From positions 193,099 through 257,098 of the forward strand of contig JBBIHY010000002.1 in NCBI GenBank assembly GCA_037446695.1: a stretch of DNA of 64,000 bases. Direction: 5' to 3'. The position numbers and the translations under genes are program-made. Positions within the stretch are counted from its first letter, which is position 1; each line of letters opens with the position of its first letter. The stretch comes from Bacteroidota bacterium. Lineage in GTDB: Bacteria; Bacteroidota; Bacteroidia; Bacteroidales; PUMT01. This document shows positions 9,342 to 18,963 of the stretch, piece after piece. Under the pieces are notes generated by a model. It made no database searches, was not told the origin of the DNA, and worked only from the letters and a program-made list of their open reading frames with translations.

Positions 9342-9443
9342 ATAATTTGTAATGAAAAATAACCAGTGGTCAGTTTATGAACGAAATTTAGCAAATGTCA
9401 ATTATTTTCAATCAGGGATACATGAAATTAATTCATGGATGGA

Positions 9444-10919
9444 CTAAAGTAGCGGGCTGAAGACCCTTGCAACAGATTCGGCCAGCTTGCGGGTAAATCT
9501 TCTTTTCCGGTATTCACTCAGATTAACCTCTTTGCTATGTGAAATATCGTCAAAGAAGGACTTTTTCAACCCCTGGCATATTTCCTCATCATATACCAGT
9601 GCATTCACCTCAAAATTATCGTCAAAACTCCGTAAATCGAGGTTTGCCGTTCCCACCGAAGAGAAAATATCATCCACCATAATCAGTTTGCTGTGAATAA
9701 AGCCCTTTTGGTAAAAGAAGACCCTGATTCCTGCTTCCAGCAATTCCTCTACATAAGAAAGTGTGCCATACCAGGTTAAGAAGGCATCGGACTCTCCGGG
9801 AAGGATAATTCTCACATCAACTCCTGAAAGAGAAGCGGTTTTGAGTGCGGTTAAAATACTTTCGTTGGGAATAAAGTAAGGATTGCTGATATAAATGTAT
9901 TCACGGGCAGTGGAAATTGCAACAAAATAGGCCTGCATAATACTGGCCCAGTCACTGTCGGGACCGCTTGAAGTAATCTGCACCAGTTGGTTACGGGCGA
10001 TACGTGACTTTGGAAAATACTTTTTATCGCTGATGGTTTCATTGCTCACAAATTGCCAGTCAATGAGGAACACAACCTGAAGCGAGTTAACTGCTTCACC
10101 TTCAATTTTCAAATGCGTATCTCGCCAGGGACCAATCTTCTTATTACCAAACAGGTAGCGGTCGGCTATATTCAATCCACCCACGAAGCCCACCCTGCCA
10201 TCCACCACTACAATTTTCCTGTGGTTCCGGTAATTAATACGGTTGGCCAGAAACGGAAATCTAACCGGCATAAAGGGATGATGCTGCACTCCTGCCTCAC
10301 TCAGCTCCCTGAGGAATTTCTTGCCAAGCCGCCAACAACCCACATCGTCATAAATCAAACGGACGCTTACTCCCTCCCTGGATTTTTCTATGAGTATATC
10401 CTTGAGCTCATTGCCCAGCTTATCGTCGTCAATGATATAATATTCAAGATGTATATGATCTTTCGCCTTAAGCATTTCCGAGAAAATAGACCGGAATGTC
10501 TGCCTGCCGTTATTCAGAATGGTTACCCTGTTTCTTTCTGTTAAAAGTGCCTTACTGTTATTAAGCAAAAGCTTGATTATCTGAATTTTATCTTTAATTT
10601 TTTCATCATTCAGAAATTCCTTGCTACCCAATTCTATGATTTGATCATCACTCAGGCTTCTGATTCTTTCAAAATCTTCCAGCCCTTTTCGGGAGTAAAT
10701 TTTTTCCTTTCTGTAATTCTGACCGAAGAAAATGTAAAAAATAAGACCCAGAAAGGGTAAAACGAATAAAATGATAACCCAGGAGATGGTTCTGTGCGGA
10801 TTCCTGTTATCAAGGATAACGGAGATGGAAATAAAAACAGCCGTAATGAAATACACCACATTCAACACAAAAAGTGTTGAAGACCAATAACTTGAAAAAT
10901 CTATCAAACCTTCCAGCAT
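9444..10919 (-). CDS. cls: cardiolipin synthase (PLD superfamily)
   Basis: Two N-terminal TM helices are present. Two HKD motifs are seen: HRKIVVVDGRVGFVGGLNIADRY and HSKLIMVDDIFSSVGTANLDLRS. Confidence 0.92.
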   Translation of the reverse strand: MLEGLIDFSSYWSSTLFVLNVVYFITAVFISISVILDNRNPHRTISWVIILFVLPFLGLIFYIFFGQNYRKEKIYSRKGLEDFERIRSLSDDQIIELGSKEFLNDEKIKDKIQIIKLLLNNSKALLTERNRVTILNNGRQTFRSIFSEMLKAKDHIHLEYYIIDDDKLGNELKDILIEKSREGVSVRLIYDDVGCWRLGKKFLRELSEAGVQHHPFMPVRFPFLANRINYRNHRKIVVVDGRVGFVGGLNIADRYLFGNKKIGPWRDTHLKIEGEAVNSLQVVFLIDWQFVSNETISDKKYFPKSRIARNQLVQITSSGPDSDWASIMQAYFVAISTAREYIYISNPYFIPNESILTALKTASLSGVDVRIILPGESDAFLTWYGTLSYVEELLEAGIRVFFYQKGFIHSKLIMVDDIFSSVGTANLDLRSFDDNFEVNALVYDEEICQGLKKSFFDDISHSKEVNLSEYRKRRFTRKLAESVARVFSPLL

Positions 10920-11059
10920 GAAGCCGAGTATATTAATTTCCTTCAGATCCAGGTTTTATCACCCCTGGTAAACAATGAATATAATGTCAAAAGGTAAACA
11001 GGAGCCATAGCCTAAAATACAATATTTTATAACAATGTAAAAGAGAATTTCTCCTTCCA

Positions 11060-12367
11060 TTAGGCTTTTGATTCTGCCGGAGGATAAATTAATTCTCCCT
11101 CACTCCTGGCCACGACAGCTGCCACTGCACAATCACCCGTTATATTTGCCACCGTACGCAACATATCCAGTGGCCTGTCCAGGGCAAGTACCAGAGCAAG
11201 ACCCTCGGCAGGAAGTCCAATTGCCGTGAGAACAATCACCAGCATTACAATCCCGGCAGCGGGAACACCCGGTGTTCCAATGGATGCGAGTGTAGCGGTG
11301 AGCACAATGGTAAGTTGTGCTGACAGGGATAAATCAATCCCAAATGCCTGCGCGATAAAAACTGCGCTTATAGCCTGGTAAAGACTGGTTCCGGCCATAT
11401 TGATGGTCACGCCAATTGGTAAGACAAAACTCGCAATCTGTTCCGATACACCAAATTTTTTCTGTACCTGTTCCATGGATACCGGCAGGGTAGCTGCGCT
11501 TGAACTCGTGGAGAATGCCACAAGCTGGGCAGGCCCGATACCCTTAAAAAAATCCTTTATTTTTATGGGTGAAAACAATCTAACAAAAAGTGGAAAAATC
11601 AAAACCACAACCAGGAAAATTCCAATAACCACGGTAAGCATATACATTCCCAGGGCTTTAAAAAGACCAATGGAATCGGCCAGGCTGTCACCTGCAAATT
11701 CAACAAGCAGTGTCCCTATAAGGGCAAACACCCCAAGGGGTGCAAACTTCATGATAAGCTCAATGATTTTCATTATTACCTCGTAAATCCCGTCAAATAA
11801 TGATCTGACAGTACCCGCTTTTTCATGTGGAATTATTGCCAGTGAGATTCCAAACAGGATAGCAAAAAAAATCACCTGCAGCATGCGTGAGTTGTCTCCT
11901 GCAGCACTTATCACATTTTCAGGAACCATATCCACAATGATTTTTAAGGGTCCGTGACCCTTTACCTGTTCAGCAAGAGATTCTTTCTGAACAATATCGT
12001 TGGAAAACTCTGCCTGCAGTTCTGCTTTTCGGTCCTCGGGGAAAGTGCTTCCCGGCTGTATCGTGTTCACCAGCATCAGCCCCAGGGTGATAGCCAGCAC
12101 AGTGGATACAAGAAACAGAGAAAAAGTTTTTAAACCAATTCTTGATAGTTTGGTAATATCAGACAAGCTTGAGACACCCTTTACGAGTGAAAAGAAAATG
12201 AGCGGAACTGCCACCAGTTTAAGTAAGTTCAGGAATATGGTTCCCCAGGGTTTAATCCAGTACACCGTAAATGTTTCCCACCTGAAAACAATAGCCAGCA
12301 GTCCAAATACAACACCTGCCAGCATGCCAATGATAATTTTTACATAAAGGGGCAGTTTTCTCCACAT
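11060..12367 (-). CDS. dicarboxylate/amino acid:cation symporter (DAACS/GltP family)
   Basis: A 435-aa polytopic protein. Family-typical segments include SSSAATLP, the GVPAAG hairpin region and the NITGD-like motif (VANITGDCAVAAVVA). Confidence 0.88.
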   Translation of the reverse strand: MWRKLPLYVKIIIGMLAGVVFGLLAIVFRWETFTVYWIKPWGTIFLNLLKLVAVPLIFFSLVKGVSSLSDITKLSRIGLKTFSLFLVSTVLAITLGLMLVNTIQPGSTFPEDRKAELQAEFSNDIVQKESLAEQVKGHGPLKIIVDMVPENVISAAGDNSRMLQVIFFAILFGISLAIIPHEKAGTVRSLFDGIYEVIMKIIELIMKFAPLGVFALIGTLLVEFAGDSLADSIGLFKALGMYMLTVVIGIFLVVVLIFPLFVRLFSPIKIKDFFKGIGPAQLVAFSTSSSAATLPVSMEQVQKKFGVSEQIASFVLPIGVTINMAGTSLYQAISAVFIAQAFGIDLSLSAQLTIVLTATLASIGTPGVPAAGIVMLVIVLTAIGLPAEGLALVLALDRPLDMLRTVANITGDCAVAAVVARSEGELIYPPAESKA

Positions 12368-12511
12368 ACCTGGTAATATTTGATATTAAAAGCCAAATAT
12401 AAAAGAAAGCAACGGAAAGTAAAATGCTATTTTGGCTCAGCAACAACCTCAGTTAAGGCCTATCCATTGTCTGTTGACCCTTTGAATGAAAGAAGGTACA
12501 ACTCTATCAGC

Positions 12512-13261
12512 TCAACAATTATTCCATATTTCCCATGCCTTTTCAGCCTGTATATGAAGCATTTCCAGGCCGTTTTTTACCCTCGCGCCTCTCTCCCTGC
12601 CCATCTGTAGAAACAATGTTTCGGCCGGGTTATAAATCAAATCGAATAAATAATGTTCTCTTCCTATGTAATTGTATGGGATTAATGGGAAAAGATCAAT
12701 ATAAGGATACATACCTGCAGGGGTTGTATTGATAATGATTTTATGGGAAGTAATGATTTCCTCATCCAGGCTCGAGTAAGAAATTACATCGCGACCTGCT
12801 TTTCGGCTAACAAGCCTGAATGGAATGTTCATTTCTGCCAAAGTATACTGAACAACGCGCGAACTGCCGCCGCTTCCAAGTATAAGTGCCTTCAGTCCTG
12901 TTGGGGCTTTCACAAACTTTTGGAAAGATGAATAAAATCCGTAATAATCGGTATTGTACCCTGTTAGACTGGTTTTACCGGCGCAGTTTATAATTTGAAT
13001 CACATTCACTGCACCAATCTCCCTGGCTATGTTGTCCAGTTTGTTTAAAAACGGCAATACCGACTCCTTGTGAGGAATTGTTACATTCAGTCCTTTTATC
13101 CCGGGGTATTTTTTTAGAAGTCCCGGTAATCCTCCTATTTCCCTCAGCGGAAACAGGCTGTATTTACAATCCCTGAGGCCAGCTTCCCCGAAGATTTGAC
13201 TAAAAATGACCGGTGAGGCAGAATGCTCCAGCGGGTAACCAATTAGACCAAATATTCTCAT
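12512..13261 (-). CDS. aroE: shikimate dehydrogenase
   Basis: MRIFGLIGYPLEHSASPVIFSQIF, GLNVTIPHKE, NTDYYGF and ILGSGGSSR (NADP glycine loop). The start overlaps the upstream stop (ATGA). Confidence 0.9.
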   Translation of the reverse strand: MRIFGLIGYPLEHSASPVIFSQIFGEAGLRDCKYSLFPLREIGGLPGLLKKYPGIKGLNVTIPHKESVLPFLNKLDNIAREIGAVNVIQIINCAGKTSLTGYNTDYYGFYSSFQKFVKAPTGLKALILGSGGSSRVVQYTLAEMNIPFRLVSRKAGRDVISYSSLDEEIITSHKIIINTTPAGMYPYIDLFPLIPYNYIGREHYLFDLIYNPAETLFLQMGRERGARVKNGLEMLHIQAEKAWEIWNNC

Positions 13262-14211
13262 GACTTGCTATACGGGCTTTTTCTTCGTGAAATGACCTCC
13301 ATCAGCCATATGGTAATTATGCCGCCAAGAATAAATAATATAGCAATGAAAACTTCCGTACTGAATGATTCAGGCAGGAACCTTTCATAGGATTGAACTA
13401 ATAAATCCCCTGATTTTGTAAGAATTTGATTGCCTGATTCATCCGTACGGTAAATTTCTCTTTTCCATGGCCACAGAATAACCAGAGACCCCATGACAAA
13501 TCCCACAAGCGTGGCAAGGGATTGTTCCCTGAATTTCCTTATAAGCCATGACAATACATGTGAAAAAGCAATGAGTCCGACGACTATGCCCAAAAACAAA
13601 GGGAAAAGTATGTCCAGCCTGAGATGATTAATGGCCTCAATGGCGACCAGTTCGTAATTACCCATGAGAATAAGCACAAAAGAGCCCGATAGGCCCGGAA
13701 GAATCATGCTGCTCACTGCCACAATTCCGCACAAAACCAGATAAAGGAAATTTTCATTCTGGGTTGCCGGGTTCATGTAGGTTATACCACCGGCAATAAT
13801 TGTACCTGCCATAAAAAACAGTATTACCGTTATGGTCCACTTTCGAATAGTTTTACCCACAAACCAGACCGATGCAAGGATTAACCCGAAAAAATAGGCC
13901 CAGATATACACCGGGTAGTTTAAAAACAGGAATTCCAGAATCTTTGCGACTGTAAAAATGCTTACCACTACTCCGCTAAAAACCGCCAGTAAAAAAAAGA
14001 AATTGATTTTATCGGCAAACTCCCTGAACTGTCCGGAAAAAAGAAATCGAAACGCTTTCAGATCAATGGATTTGATGGAGTAGATCAGTTTCTCAAAAAT
14101 ACCCGTAATGAGGGCAACTGTACCACCCGAAACGCCTGGGATGACATTTGCAGCACCCACTCCAAAACCCTTAAAAAACAGGCCGATATGGTGTATTAGA
14201 TTCGTTCCCAT
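13258..14211 (-). CDS. DUF368-family membrane protein (PopT-like polyprenyl-phosphate transporter family)
   Basis: The duplicated motif VIPGVSGGTVALITG ... ILPGLSGSFVLILMG is typical of DUF368. About 8-9 TM segments are present. Confidence 0.8.
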   Translation of the reverse strand: MGTNLIHHIGLFFKGFGVGAANVIPGVSGGTVALITGIFEKLIYSIKSIDLKAFRFLFSGQFREFADKINFFFLLAVFSGVVVSIFTVAKILEFLFLNYPVYIWAYFFGLILASVWFVGKTIRKWTITVILFFMAGTIIAGGITYMNPATQNENFLYLVLCGIVAVSSMILPGLSGSFVLILMGNYELVAIEAINHLRLDILFPLFLGIVVGLIAFSHVLSWLIRKFREQSLATLVGFVMGSLVILWPWKREIYRTDESGNQILTKSGDLLVQSYERFLPESFSTEVFIAILFILGGIITIWLMEVISRRKSPYSKS

Positions 14212-14250
14212 ACTTCACTTTTGCAACATTCAATTCCCTGTCCAATTTGG

Positions 14251-15027
14251 TCAGGATTGAATATTTTTAGGCAGGAATTCAAAGAAAGTGTCTCCACGCA
14301 GTCCAAGACGCAGGGTTTCCAGTGAAATCAACTCATTCGGGGCAATATTTCCAAGGTTCACATTAGGTCCGAGTAGTTTGATGAAATAAACCTGCTGATT
14401 TTTCAGGGGAGCCTCCCATATTACCTTTTCGGGTTTGATTGCGTCTATAATATCTTTAATCAAATCTAGGTTTTCAGTACCATCCTTGTTATAAATCCCG
14501 GTCGTACCGCTTTCCCTGGCTTCAGCAATCACTTTCCATGAGCCGGCCTGCAGTTCCGATTTCATCTGGCTTACCCATTCCTTCATAGGTATGACCACAT
14601 TGCTCTGCTTACTCCCCACCTCGGAGAGCACAGTTGCCTGTTTGGAAAGCTGCATGATATACTTGAGTTTTACTTCATGGTCCATTTTCATTGAACCATC
14701 TGAAACCTCCACAAGATCCATCTCATATTTGTCAATAAGCCGACGGAAATCCTCAAACATGTCCCGTATAACAAACATTTCAAACAGGGTGCCTCCAAAA
14801 TAAGGTCTGACCCCGGCATTGCGGTATATTTTGATTTTTTCTTCCAATCCGGGAGTCACCATACCTGTTCCAAATCCAAATTTCACAAAATCAGTATACT
14901 CCGCACTGGAAGCAATGAAGTTCTCGGCTTCAGCTATTGATAAGCCCTTGTCCATCATCATGGTCTGACCCTTTTCCCTGGGTTTTTCTTCACGAACGGG
15001 AATGAAGGGAAGTTCAAAATTCTTCAT
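14251..15027 (-). CDS. comA: phosphosulfolactate synthase (ComA family)
   Basis: EKPREKGQTMMMDKGLS ... YTDFVKFGFGTGMV ... YFGGTLFE matches the ComA/(2R)-phospho-3-sulfolactate synthase pattern as I recall it. Confidence 0.75.
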   Translation of the reverse strand: MKNFELPFIPVREEKPREKGQTMMMDKGLSIAEAENFIASSAEYTDFVKFGFGTGMVTPGLEEKIKIYRNAGVRPYFGGTLFEMFVIRDMFEDFRRLIDKYEMDLVEVSDGSMKMDHEVKLKYIMQLSKQATVLSEVGSKQSNVVIPMKEWVSQMKSELQAGSWKVIAEARESGTTGIYNKDGTENLDLIKDIIDAIKPEKVIWEAPLKNQQVYFIKLLGPNVNLGNIAPNELISLETLRLGLRGDTFFEFLPKNIQS

Positions 15028-15038
15028 ATTATGAGAGT

Positions 15039-16448
15039 TTATGGTCGGTATTTGTTGAGAATATTCTTTATCACCTCTGGTGGTTCACCGGGAAAATAAA
15101 TATCGAACTCCACTGACATGTACCTGTCGGCTTTCACAGCCTGCAGCAAAACAGTACAGGCCTTTTCAATATCACCAGTCAGAACCAGGTAAGCAGCATA
15201 CCGCACCAGCATCAGACCTGAATCTTTATTGTAAAGTAATCCCTCCTCCAGTGTTTCGGATGCCTTTCTGATTTTTTTTGTATGATAATACAGATCTGCC
15301 AGATTTACCCATGATTCCTCATCATAGTGATCCAGTTCAAGAGCCTTTTCATAGGATGCCACCGCTTCTTCATAAAATTCAAGTTTTGTATAAACTCTTC
15401 CCTGTGCATACCAGGCATCCTGGTTATCCTCCTCCAGTATTATAGCCCTTTTTACATAATAAAGACTTTCATAATACATTTGCTTTTCAAACATTACCAA
15501 TCCTATTCCCAGCCAGGCATCGGCAAACTTATCATTCATTTTTAACACCTTACGGTAATAAACCAGGGCTTCATCCATTTCCCCGAGCTTTTCATGGCAT
15601 TCGCCAATATAACATAACACCTGCTCTGTGTCCTCCTCGTGGAATAAAAACTCCTTGTAAACCTCTATGGCCTCCCTGTATAGATTCAAATTGGCCAGGG
15701 TATTGGCCTTGTTGTAATAAGCCGAGGAATAGGTTTCATCAATGGCTATCGCATAATCATATGACTCAATGGCTTTTTCAAAATTGTCCAGACGATTGTA
15801 GACAACCCCCAGGTTGTACCAAACATTTTCAGAATAGGGATCGAGGTCGAGGTATCGCTTGTAATATTCTACACTTTTTTCAAGCATTTCAAGCCTTTCG
15901 CAGCAAAAGGCCATATCGTAAAGCACAGTGATATTCTCGGGATCCAAATTAATAGCCTGCTGAAGGTATTTCATGGCTAATTTGTACTGGTTCACCTGCT
16001 GCATTGAAAGGGCAATCTGGTAGATTACTTCTGGTTTGTTTTCATTTACGAGTGTCAACCCATGATCAAAAGCCCTGACAGCACTTTTGAAATCGCCCAG
16101 GTGATTATAACCTATACCCTGTGCAATATATAGTTCGGGATTGTCAGGTTCAATTTTTGCTACCTCTTTGCAGATTCTGATAGCATCAAGAGGCTGCCCC
16201 TTATCAATAAGTATCTGGGCTTTGCGTATGAGAATACCAGTGGCCAATGGGTGTTGTCGGGTTGCATACTGCGCCACATCCAGTGCCTTGGACAAACGGT
16301 TGGTATCCATGTAATGATCTATAATATCTTCGAATTCATCCACATCAAAATAATACCGAGTATTGTTACGCAGCATTTCTTCGTATCTTCTCACGGTTTC
16401 GTAACCTGCCTTTTCGGGAAATGGATTGTCGGTTTCTTCGTTCATCAT
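15039..16448 (-). CDS. tetratricopeptide-repeat (TPR) protein
   Basis: Many 34-aa TPR-like units are present, for example AIESYDYAIAIDETYSSAYYNKANTLANLNLYREA. The track start at 16466 is a TTG, and ATG codons at 16448/16445 are more likely. Only 11 nt separate it from comA. Confidence 0.8.
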   Translation of the reverse strand: MMNEETDNPFPEKAGYETVRRYEEMLRNNTRYYFDVDEFEDIIDHYMDTNRLSKALDVAQYATRQHPLATGILIRKAQILIDKGQPLDAIRICKEVAKIEPDNPELYIAQGIGYNHLGDFKSAVRAFDHGLTLVNENKPEVIYQIALSMQQVNQYKLAMKYLQQAINLDPENITVLYDMAFCCERLEMLEKSVEYYKRYLDLDPYSENVWYNLGVVYNRLDNFEKAIESYDYAIAIDETYSSAYYNKANTLANLNLYREAIEVYKEFLFHEEDTEQVLCYIGECHEKLGEMDEALVYYRKVLKMNDKFADAWLGIGLVMFEKQMYYESLYYVKRAIILEEDNQDAWYAQGRVYTKLEFYEEAVASYEKALELDHYDEESWVNLADLYYHTKKIRKASETLEEGLLYNKDSGLMLVRYAAYLVLTGDIEKACTVLLQAVKADRYMSVEFDIYFPGEPPEVIKNILNKYRP

Positions 16449-16656
16449 CTCTTTTTCAATCAGCAAAAATACAATATTTTCTTCCAGTTATTTGCAGAAA
16501 ACCATCTACTAATGTAATCCTTACAAGGGAAAAAAAGCAATTTTCAGGAAAGAGATTTATTAACAATTATAAAAAAATAATCCGGATTTGTGTGGGAATT
16601 TTTTACCTAGTCCCATAAGGATATCTGATTCAATAACCCCTTGGTTGGCACAAATT

Positions 16657-17541
16657 TTATTCACCGTAAATCTCCTTTTTTGCAGCAAGAAGTGTGTTTT
16701 TCAGCAATGAGACTATGGTCATTGGTCCCACACCACCTGGTACCGGGGTAATATGACTGCAATTTGAAGCTACCTGATCAAAATTCACATCGCCTGCCAG
16801 TTTCCACCCTGATCTGGTTTCATTTGAGGGGATTCGGGTAATACCCACATCAATAACCACAGCACCATCTTTTACCATGTCTCCTGTAATAAAACCGGGC
16901 TGTCCCATTGCAGCAATAAGAATATCGGCCGATAGAGTATAATCCTTCAGGTTTTTTGTTCTGGAGTGACAGATGGTTACAGTTGCATCCCCCGGGTATC
17001 CTTTTCGAGAGAGCAAGAGACTCAGGGGTTTACCAACAATGTTACTGCGTCCGATAATTACGCAGTGCCTGCCGGTGGTTTCAATCTGATAATGCTTTAT
17101 AAGTTCGATAATGCCCCATGGAGTTGCAGAAATGTAGGAAGGCAATCCTATGGTTAACCTGCCTGTGTTCACAGGATGAAAACCATCAACATCTTTCCTG
17201 AAATCAATTGCCTGTATCACCTTTTCTTCCGAAATGTTCTCTGGCAGGGGCAATTGTACAATGAGTCCGTCAATTTTTTCATCCCGGTTGATCTCTTCAA
17301 TCCTCCCAAGCAATTCCTTTTCTTTGGTCTTTTCTTCCAAACGAATCAATACTGATTCAAAACCGACCTGTTCACAAGCCTTTACCTTATGCGCCACATA
17401 GGTCTCGCTGGCACCGTCATTTCCAACAATAATGGCTGCCAGGCAAGGCGCACGGTGACCTGAGGCAACCCGGGATCCCACTTCTGCTTTTATTTCCAGC
17501 TTGATTTTTTCGGCAACTTCCTTGCCATTGATGAGAATCAT
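16657..17541 (-). CDS. folD: bifunctional methylenetetrahydrofolate dehydrogenase/methenyl-THF cyclohydrolase
   Basis: [51 protein letters not shown] and [11 protein letters not shown]. Confidence 0.95.
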   Translation of the reverse strand: MILINGKEVAEKIKLEIKAEVGSRVASGHRAPCLAAIIVGNDGASETYVAHKVKACEQVGFESVLIRLEEKTKEKELLGRIEEINRDEKIDGLIVQLPLPENISEEKVIQAIDFRKDVDGFHPVNTGRLTIGLPSYISATPWGIIELIKHYQIETTGRHCVIIGRSNIVGKPLSLLLSRKGYPGDATVTICHSRTKNLKDYTLSADILIAAMGQPGFITGDMVKDGAVVIDVGITRIPSNETRSGWKLAGDVNFDQVASNCSHITPVPGGVGPMTIVSLLKNTLLAAKKEIYGE

Positions 17542-17576
17542 GATTTAATAGTGAGAGATTTATACCGTTTTGCCGT

Positions 17577-18905
17577 TTACCTTCCCATTCTGCCGGCCAT
17601 CATTCTGGCTATATTTTTTCCTCCGCTCATCGCTTTCATCATCTTCTGAGTTTCGGTGAACTGCTTCAGGAGCCTGTTTACCTCCTGTATGGTGGTGCCA
17701 CTGCCCTCTGCAATGCGCTTACGCCTGCTTCCGTTAATAATAGAAGGATTCTCCTTTTCTGCTGCTGTCATGGAAAAAATAATTGCCTCAATTCCCTTAA
17801 AAGCATCGTCGTCCACATCCACATCCTTCAATGCTTTCCCCATGCCCGGAATCATGCCGGCCAGTTCCTTCATATTGCCCATCTTCTTCACCTGCTGAAT
17901 CTGAGCAAGAAAATCGTTGAAATTGAACTGGTTCCTGATAATCTTCTTATGCAGTTTCCTTGCTTCTTCCTCATCAAACTGTTCCTGTGCACGCTCAACA
18001 AGTGTCACAATATCCCCCATGCCAAGAATACGATCGGCCATTCTTTCGGGGTGGAACACATCGATGGCATCCATTTTTTCACCGGTACTCACGAACTTGA
18101 TGGGTTTATCCACCACCGAACGGATAGAGAGAGCAGCACCCCCTCGGGTATCCCCATCGAGTTTGGTAAGCACCACACCATTGAAATTCAGTCTTTCGTT
18201 GAATTCCTTTGCCGTATTCACGGCATCCTGACCTGTCATTGAATCCACCACGAACAATATCTCATGCGGGTTTACAGCATCTTTTACCGCAGCAATTTCA
18301 TTCATCATGGCCTCATCGATCGCTAAGCGGCCGGCTGTGTCAATGATTACAACATCATGTCCATGGGTTTTTGCCTGTTTGATGGCAGCCTGGGCAATTT
18401 TGACGGCGTTTTTATTGTCTGGCTCGGTATACACCGGCGAATCTACCTGTTCACCAAGAATTTTTAACTGCTCTATGGCTGCGGGTCGGTATATATCGCA
18501 GGCAGCAAGCATTGGAGATTTCCCCTTTTTTGTTTTCAGGTGGCGTGCCAGTTTCGCACTAAAAGTGGTTTTACCCGAACCCTGAAGACCTGCAATCAGA
18601 ATAATGGAAGGATTCCCTTTCAGGTTGATGTCCTCCATTTTTCCACCCATCAGCTCTGCCAGTTCATCCCTCACAATCTTCACCATTAGTTGCCCGGGCT
18701 TAAGGGACTTCAGTACCTCCTGCCCCATAGCCTTCTCTTTCACCACATCTGTGAAGTTTTTGGCTATCTTAAAGTTCACATCAGCGTCCAGCAAGGCGCG
18801 CCTGACTTCCTTCAAAGTCTCCGCAACATTGATTTCTGTAATCCTTCCCTCTCCTCTCAGTAATTTGAAGGATTTTTCCAGTCTGTCGGTTAAATTATCA
18901 AACAT
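17577..18905 (-). CDS. ffh: signal recognition particle protein Ffh
   Basis: MFDNLTDRLEKSFKLLRG N-terminus, GLQGSGKTT P-loop, DTAGR, TKLDGD and a Met-rich M domain. The true start is the ATG at 18905. The 40-codon upstream extension in the ORF track overlaps argS. Confidence 0.95.
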   Translation of the reverse strand: MFDNLTDRLEKSFKLLRGEGRITEINVAETLKEVRRALLDADVNFKIAKNFTDVVKEKAMGQEVLKSLKPGQLMVKIVRDELAELMGGKMEDINLKGNPSIILIAGLQGSGKTTFSAKLARHLKTKKGKSPMLAACDIYRPAAIEQLKILGEQVDSPVYTEPDNKNAVKIAQAAIKQAKTHGHDVVIIDTAGRLAIDEAMMNEIAAVKDAVNPHEILFVVDSMTGQDAVNTAKEFNERLNFNGVVLTKLDGDTRGGAALSIRSVVDKPIKFVSTGEKMDAIDVFHPERMADRILGMGDIVTLVERAQEQFDEEEARKLHKKIIRNQFNFNDFLAQIQQVKKMGNMKELAGMIPGMGKALKDVDVDDDAFKGIEAIIFSMTAAEKENPSIINGSRRKRIAEGSGTTIQEVNRLLKQFTETQKMMKAMSGGKNIARMMAGRMGR

Positions 18906-18963
18906 TCTTTTCTTTTTAGCGGCTACAAAAATAGTGAAACAATCCTCATCTGCCAAGCTGTTG

